Below are positions 17,775 through 21,143 of a DNA stretch of 21,143 bases, in pieces (within the stretch, counting starts at the first letter, position 1; each line of letters opens with the position of its first letter). Source of the stretch: Deltaproteobacteria bacterium (GTDB lineage: Bacteria > Myxococcota_A > UBA9160 > SMWR01); assembly GCA_032128375.1 (NCBI GenBank), contig JAQBGU010000079.1, positions 1 through 21,143 on the forward strand, read 5' to 3'. A model generated the notes under the pieces. That model was given only the letters and a program-made list of their open reading frames with translations, did no database searches and was not told the origin of the DNA. A program made the translations under genes and the position numbers.

Positions 17775-19177
17775 CCCGGGCTTGCTCCGATGTCTGCACC
17801 TATGGCGGACTTCACCGCGCGGAATTTCCCATTGGGTTCGCGGCGGATGGAGTCGCAGTACGCGATTTCGATCTCGATTTCATCGCCGACGCGAGTGCGG
17901 AACTGCTTGAGCAATTCGCGTTCGCTGGCGTGGGTGTAGCTGCCTCGTCTCACAACGAGGACGCGCAGGCGGCCACTTTCGTCCTGCAAGATCTGGGCTT
18001 CTGCGATGTCGAGCTGCCCCTTGAAGATGTGGTCGAGTCGCCCGATGCGGCGGCCGTCTGGGGTCACGACGTAGTCTTCGATCCGGCCGTCAACGCCCAG
18101 GAAGACGTCGCCCGGCCGACCACATGGACAAGGGAGTTTTGAGCGCGTACCGATGTCGCCGACTCGATAGCGCAGGAACGGCGTGGCGTCGTTGCCGAGC
18201 CCGGTGACTAGGAGCGGCCCCCGCACGTAGTCGTCGGTTTCCTCCTCCACCTCGACTTCGACGATGCAGAACTCCATGTCGACGTGCAGGCCCCGGTCGG
18301 CGCATTCCGTCATCGACACGGCAAATTCGCTGACCCCATAGCGATCGCGAACCGGCGCGCCGAACGCGGCCTCGATCGCGTCCCGCTGTAGCGGCAGCAG
18401 CGATTCAGACGATGTAAATACGCCAGCGAACTTGCCGCTCGGGACCGGTCGACCGTTGTTCAAGAGCGCTCGGGCCGCCAGGTGGATCATCGATGGGTAG
18501 CCCTGCACGAAGCTCCCGGGCGCGGCATGGATCGCGTCGACGTAGGCGTGCATGTTGTCCGGTGACGCGTGGTAGAGCGAAAACAGCGTCTGGTGGCCCC
18601 AGTAATTGGTGCGCCAGAAAGGGGGCCGACGCTGTCCGAACGGCACGATGATCTGACCATTGAATGTGAGGTTGGCGTCACCGAGTGCGACGCCGGCGTC
18701 CCTGCGTTGTCTCCAGAAGGTCGCGAACTCCTCGGCCAACGCCTCGGTCGTGTACCACAGCGGCAGTGCGGTACCGGTCGTGCCGCTGGTCTTACCTTGG
18801 ATCAGCTTGTGCTTGGGGAGATCGGTTGCGATGAAGTCGGCGTAGTGGTCCCGGTACGTGTCTTTCTCGAGCACCGGTATGTTCGCGAGCGTTTCGGCCA
18901 ACGCCCTGCTTGCGTCCTTCGCGATCGACGGTGGCGCGAGTTCACGGTAGTGCGGTACGTGATGCCGTGCGCGGTGGACGAGACGATCGAGGCGCTCCCG
19001 TTGAATTTCGACGAGCGACTCGAGCGGGCCGCGAATGGTATTTTCCCACTCGCTGAGCATGCGATGAAAGTGCGCCGAGAAGCGTTGCCGATCGCGCCGA
19101 TAGCCCGCCCAGGTGCAGGCCAGGTTCTGCGCGATTACGGGCAGCTTGGGATAGACCGCGTCGGCGAGACCGTTCAT
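17771..19177 (-). CDS. Phenylacetate-CoA ligase (PaaK/CapK)-like adenylate-forming enzyme
   Basis: TSGTTGT P-loop, GYPS, TSSESL, DRYGVSE, RYRVGDIG, GRIED and GKFRAV. Start chosen at ATG 19177 (AGGA upstream); alternatives at 19195 and 19201. Confidence 0.92.
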   Translation of the reverse strand: MNGLADAVYPKLPVIAQNLACTWAGYRRDRQRFSAHFHRMLSEWENTIRGPLESLVEIQRERLDRLVHRARHHVPHYRELAPPSIAKDASRALAETLANIPVLEKDTYRDHYADFIATDLPKHKLIQGKTSGTTGTALPLWYTTEALAEEFATFWRQRRDAGVALGDANLTFNGQIIVPFGQRRPPFWRTNYWGHQTLFSLYHASPDNMHAYVDAIHAAPGSFVQGYPSMIHLAARALLNNGRPVPSGKFAGVFTSSESLLPLQRDAIEAAFGAPVRDRYGVSEFAVSMTECADRGLHVDMEFCIVEVEVEEETDDYVRGPLLVTGLGNDATPFLRYRVGDIGTRSKLPCPCGRPGDVFLGVDGRIEDYVVTPDGRRIGRLDHIFKGQLDIAEAQILQDESGRLRVLVVRRGSYTHASERELLKQFRTRVGDEIEIEIAYCDSIRREPNGKFRAVKSAIGADIGASPG

Positions 19178-19263
19178 CACACGAGTCCTACGCATCGCCA
19201 TGAGTAACGTGCTGCACGATCTGGCAGCCCCGGACGTACGGACTCGACGTGCCTGACGTGGAT

Positions 19264-19920
19264 CTACTGGGGAACATACGCAGGAATCTTACTGAGGATG
19301 TGCGCGGCGACGTCCCGAAAACTTGCTTCGGCCTGTTCTTCGTCATTGCGGAAGATCGCGACGCTGAACCGAATCAGTGACCCATCGGTGCGTCCGCGGG
19401 TCGCTCTATCGAGACCGACATACAGGACTTTCTTCCAGTCTTCCGAGATGATCCTGCCTCGGCTCTGGTACCAGTAGTAGGTCAGCTGTCGCAAATCGCC
19501 CCGCGCCACGACCAGGCGCTTGACCGTGCCGCCTCTCGTCGGCATGCCCTCGAGATCGAGTTCGACTGTCTGGTTGTCGATGATGTCCCAACCCGATCCC
19601 GGTAGACAATGTGCGGGAGGATGAATCGAGTTCTCACCCGCACCGCCACCCTCTTCGCGCACCTGGCTCTGGTGGTATCCGACGTAGATCGCGACTTGCT
19701 CGCGCCCGCGCATGTAGGTGCAGGCGAGATAGTCAGTGACTCCGAGGTTCTTGATGACACCAGGCTCGAGAACGCCGCGCTCATGGCAGGTCCAATCGCC
19801 CAGGGTCGAGGGAAACTCCTCGAACAGGGTGCGTTCGGGAATTACCGGGTCGGTCGCCAAGTAGTTGTACGTGTAGAAGTTGAGCCCGAGAAAGGCCAGA
19901 GCGACCGCCAGCTGGATCAT
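19264..19920 (-). CDS. epsI: EpsI family exosortase-associated periplasmic protein
   Basis: N-terminal TM, FPSTLGDW, LGVTDYL, YVGYHQSQ, IHPPAHCLPGSGW, YYWYQSRGR and RTDGSLIRFS. ATG 19920 overlaps the exosortase stop (ATGA). Confidence 0.92.
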   Translation of the reverse strand: MIQLAVALAFLGLNFYTYNYLATDPVIPERTLFEEFPSTLGDWTCHERGVLEPGVIKNLGVTDYLACTYMRGREQVAIYVGYHQSQVREEGGGAGENSIHPPAHCLPGSGWDIIDNQTVELDLEGMPTRGGTVKRLVVARGDLRQLTYYWYQSRGRIISEDWKKVLYVGLDRATRGRTDGSLIRFSVAIFRNDEEQAEASFRDVAAHILSKIPAYVPQ

Positions 19921-20831
19921 GCCAAAGCCCGCCGTCGTTTCGGCTTGTGGCGCCAGGAATCGGGCCAGAACATCTGCAGCAGCCAAGCTTCGCCGAGCAG
20001 CATGGCGAATGCCAGCCCAAAGGTGGCGAATCCTTCGGTCGTATGAATCATGCCATCTGCGACTCTGGCGCCGAAGCGATGAGCCAGGAAACCCGTGAGG
20101 GCGACCCGGAACGCATTGACGAGAATCGCGATCGGAATCGCCGACGCCAAGATGAGCAGTCTCTCTACGATGTTCTTCCTGAAGAAATACGCGAATACCA
20201 CTGCCAGCGTGAAAAGAGCCATCAGTGATCGGAGACCGGCACAGGCTTCCGCAACGAAGAGTTGCGTGTTCGCCAGATGGATGATGTTGCCTTCTCGGAG
20301 CGCCGGGATATGGAAGAAGTGTAGCGACTCAACCGCGAAGTCTGCTGCGATGAGTTGCAACGGAAACGCGATAATGTTTACCAAGGACTGCGGTAGCGGC
20401 ACCATCAGGAACAAGAACAGCAATGGGAAAGCCAGCACGCGCGTGACATCGCGGCCAAGCAGTAGGAGCTGAAGGCCGATGATCGTCAGCACGAAGGCGA
20501 CCCGCATCGACATCAACTCGACGCCGAGCCTGCCGATGATCAGCGCGAGTGCACCAAGCGACAAGGGAACCAGGCCCCACCACGATTGGCTGATCGTGAC
20601 GCGGCGCAGGTCTGCACGTCGTTCCCAAGCGAAATAGAGGGCTAGCGGGCCCACCAGAAAGCCGTGCGAGTAGTCATCGACCTGTTGCCAGGTCAAGACC
20701 ATGTAGTAGAGGATCGGAGCGAAGATCCCGAACGCGATCGCTGTGGTCATGCCTGCATACGCGACCGCGGAACGCGGCGCGATTGCGCCGCGTCCGGCGT
20801 TCGCCAGCGCAGGGTTGGAAAGCTCAGTCAT
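19917..20831 (-). CDS. Exosortase (EpsH/Xrt family, stand-alone type with separate EpsI)
   Basis: DDYSHGFLV, FPLLFLFLMVPLP, PLQL and REGNII. Catalytic triad motifs VAEACAGLRSL (Cys), NAFRV (Arg) and MIHTTEG (His); about 8 TM segments. Confidence 0.95.
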   Translation of the reverse strand: MTELSNPALANAGRGAIAPRSAVAYAGMTTAIAFGIFAPILYYMVLTWQQVDDYSHGFLVGPLALYFAWERRADLRRVTISQSWWGLVPLSLGALALIIGRLGVELMSMRVAFVLTIIGLQLLLLGRDVTRVLAFPLLFLFLMVPLPQSLVNIIAFPLQLIAADFAVESLHFFHIPALREGNIIHLANTQLFVAEACAGLRSLMALFTLAVVFAYFFRKNIVERLLILASAIPIAILVNAFRVALTGFLAHRFGARVADGMIHTTEGFATFGLAFAMLLGEAWLLQMFWPDSWRHKPKRRRALA

Positions 20832-20873
20832 GAACAGCTCTTGCGCCGAGACCGACGCTGTCGCTACGCCATT

Positions 20874-21056
20874 TTAGAAGAGTGCGTAAATGAACGGGGC
20901 CACAGCGGAGCCCTCGGTGAGTACGATTAGCACGCTCAACAGCAGCATCGTGACCACGATCGGACCGAGCCACCACTTCTTGCGAACCTTCATGAACGCC
21001 CAAAGTTCGCCAAATATCGACATGCGACCGAGAAAGCCGCCGGAGGAACGTGCCAT
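20874..21056 (-). CDS. DUF5989 family (SxtK-like) small membrane protein
   Basis: ELWAFMKVRKKWWLGPIVVTMLLLSVLIVLTEGSAVAPFIYALF matches the family signature RKKxWLxP...GSAxAPFIYxLF. AAGGAG RBS 6 nt upstream of ATG 21056. Confidence 0.88.
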   Translation of the reverse strand: MARSSGGFLGRMSIFGELWAFMKVRKKWWLGPIVVTMLLLSVLIVLTEGSAVAPFIYALF

Positions 21057-21068
21057 CGGGATCTCCTT

Positions 21069-21096
21069 GTAGTTCCGAGCGAGTAGTTCCGCGAGC
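21069..21096. repeat. Short direct repeat GTAGTTCCG x2 (14-nt period) upstream of the minus-strand operon
   Basis: GTAGTTCCG at 21069-21077 and 21083-21091, abutting the RBS of the DUF5989 gene. Confidence 0.4.
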
Positions 21097-21143
21097 TGTG
21101 CCGCTAGTAGCGTTTTTTTTGCCTCGGACAGTGCCTTGGACGG

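Noticed and set aside
10804..19177. AsnB as a lasso-peptide cyclase or housekeeping asparagine synthetase; ligase as a phenylacetate catabolism gene
   Set aside because: AsnB keeps a full glutaminase domain, and no lasso precursor or B protein is present. No paa catabolic genes are nearby, and both genes are embedded in a Wzx operon.
1779..21056. Saxitoxin or aminoglycoside biosynthetic cluster (carbamoyltransferase, sxtK-like gene, aminotransferase)
   Set aside because: No sxtA/sxtG, cyclitol synthase, PKS or NRPS core genes. The flippase, glycosyltransferases and exosortase/EpsI point to an envelope glycan.

Overview
GC-rich bacterial contig segment, possibly Myxococcota or another deltaproteobacterium-like lineage (an inference from gene content only). 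It is almost entirely a cell-surface glycan biosynthesis and tailoring locus linked to an exosortase (PEP-CTERM-type) protein-sorting module. A tightly coupled minus-strand operon (21056 to 10804) encodes a DUF5989/SxtK-like small membrane protein, exosortase, EpsI, a PaaK/CapK-like adenylate-forming ligase, a DUF362 protein, a bi-domain MDR+Gfo/Idh/MocA oxidoreductase, a Wzx-type flippase and an AsnB-type amidotransferase. It converges on a looser plus-strand block (1779 to 10810) encoding a NodU/CmcH/TobZ-family carbamoyltransferase, a SAM methyltransferase, a DegT-family aminotransferase, a GT-C-like membrane protein, a GT4 glycosyltransferase and an orphan beta-helix-like protein. A GMC-type FAD oxidoreductase with a CxxCxxCxxxCP motif, missing from the supplied ORF track, starts at 1025 on the minus strand and runs off the low-quality left end. 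The most notable points are: the carbamoyltransferase lacks the N-terminal His of the HD motif; the DUF362 protein has LarA-like H-x3-G-x5-K spacing and is coupled to an acid-activating ligase; an sxtK-like gene sits directly upstream of exosortase; and a 25-codon ORF looks like the remnant of a deleted glycosyltransferase gene. No rRNA, tRNA, CRISPR array or transposase was seen.
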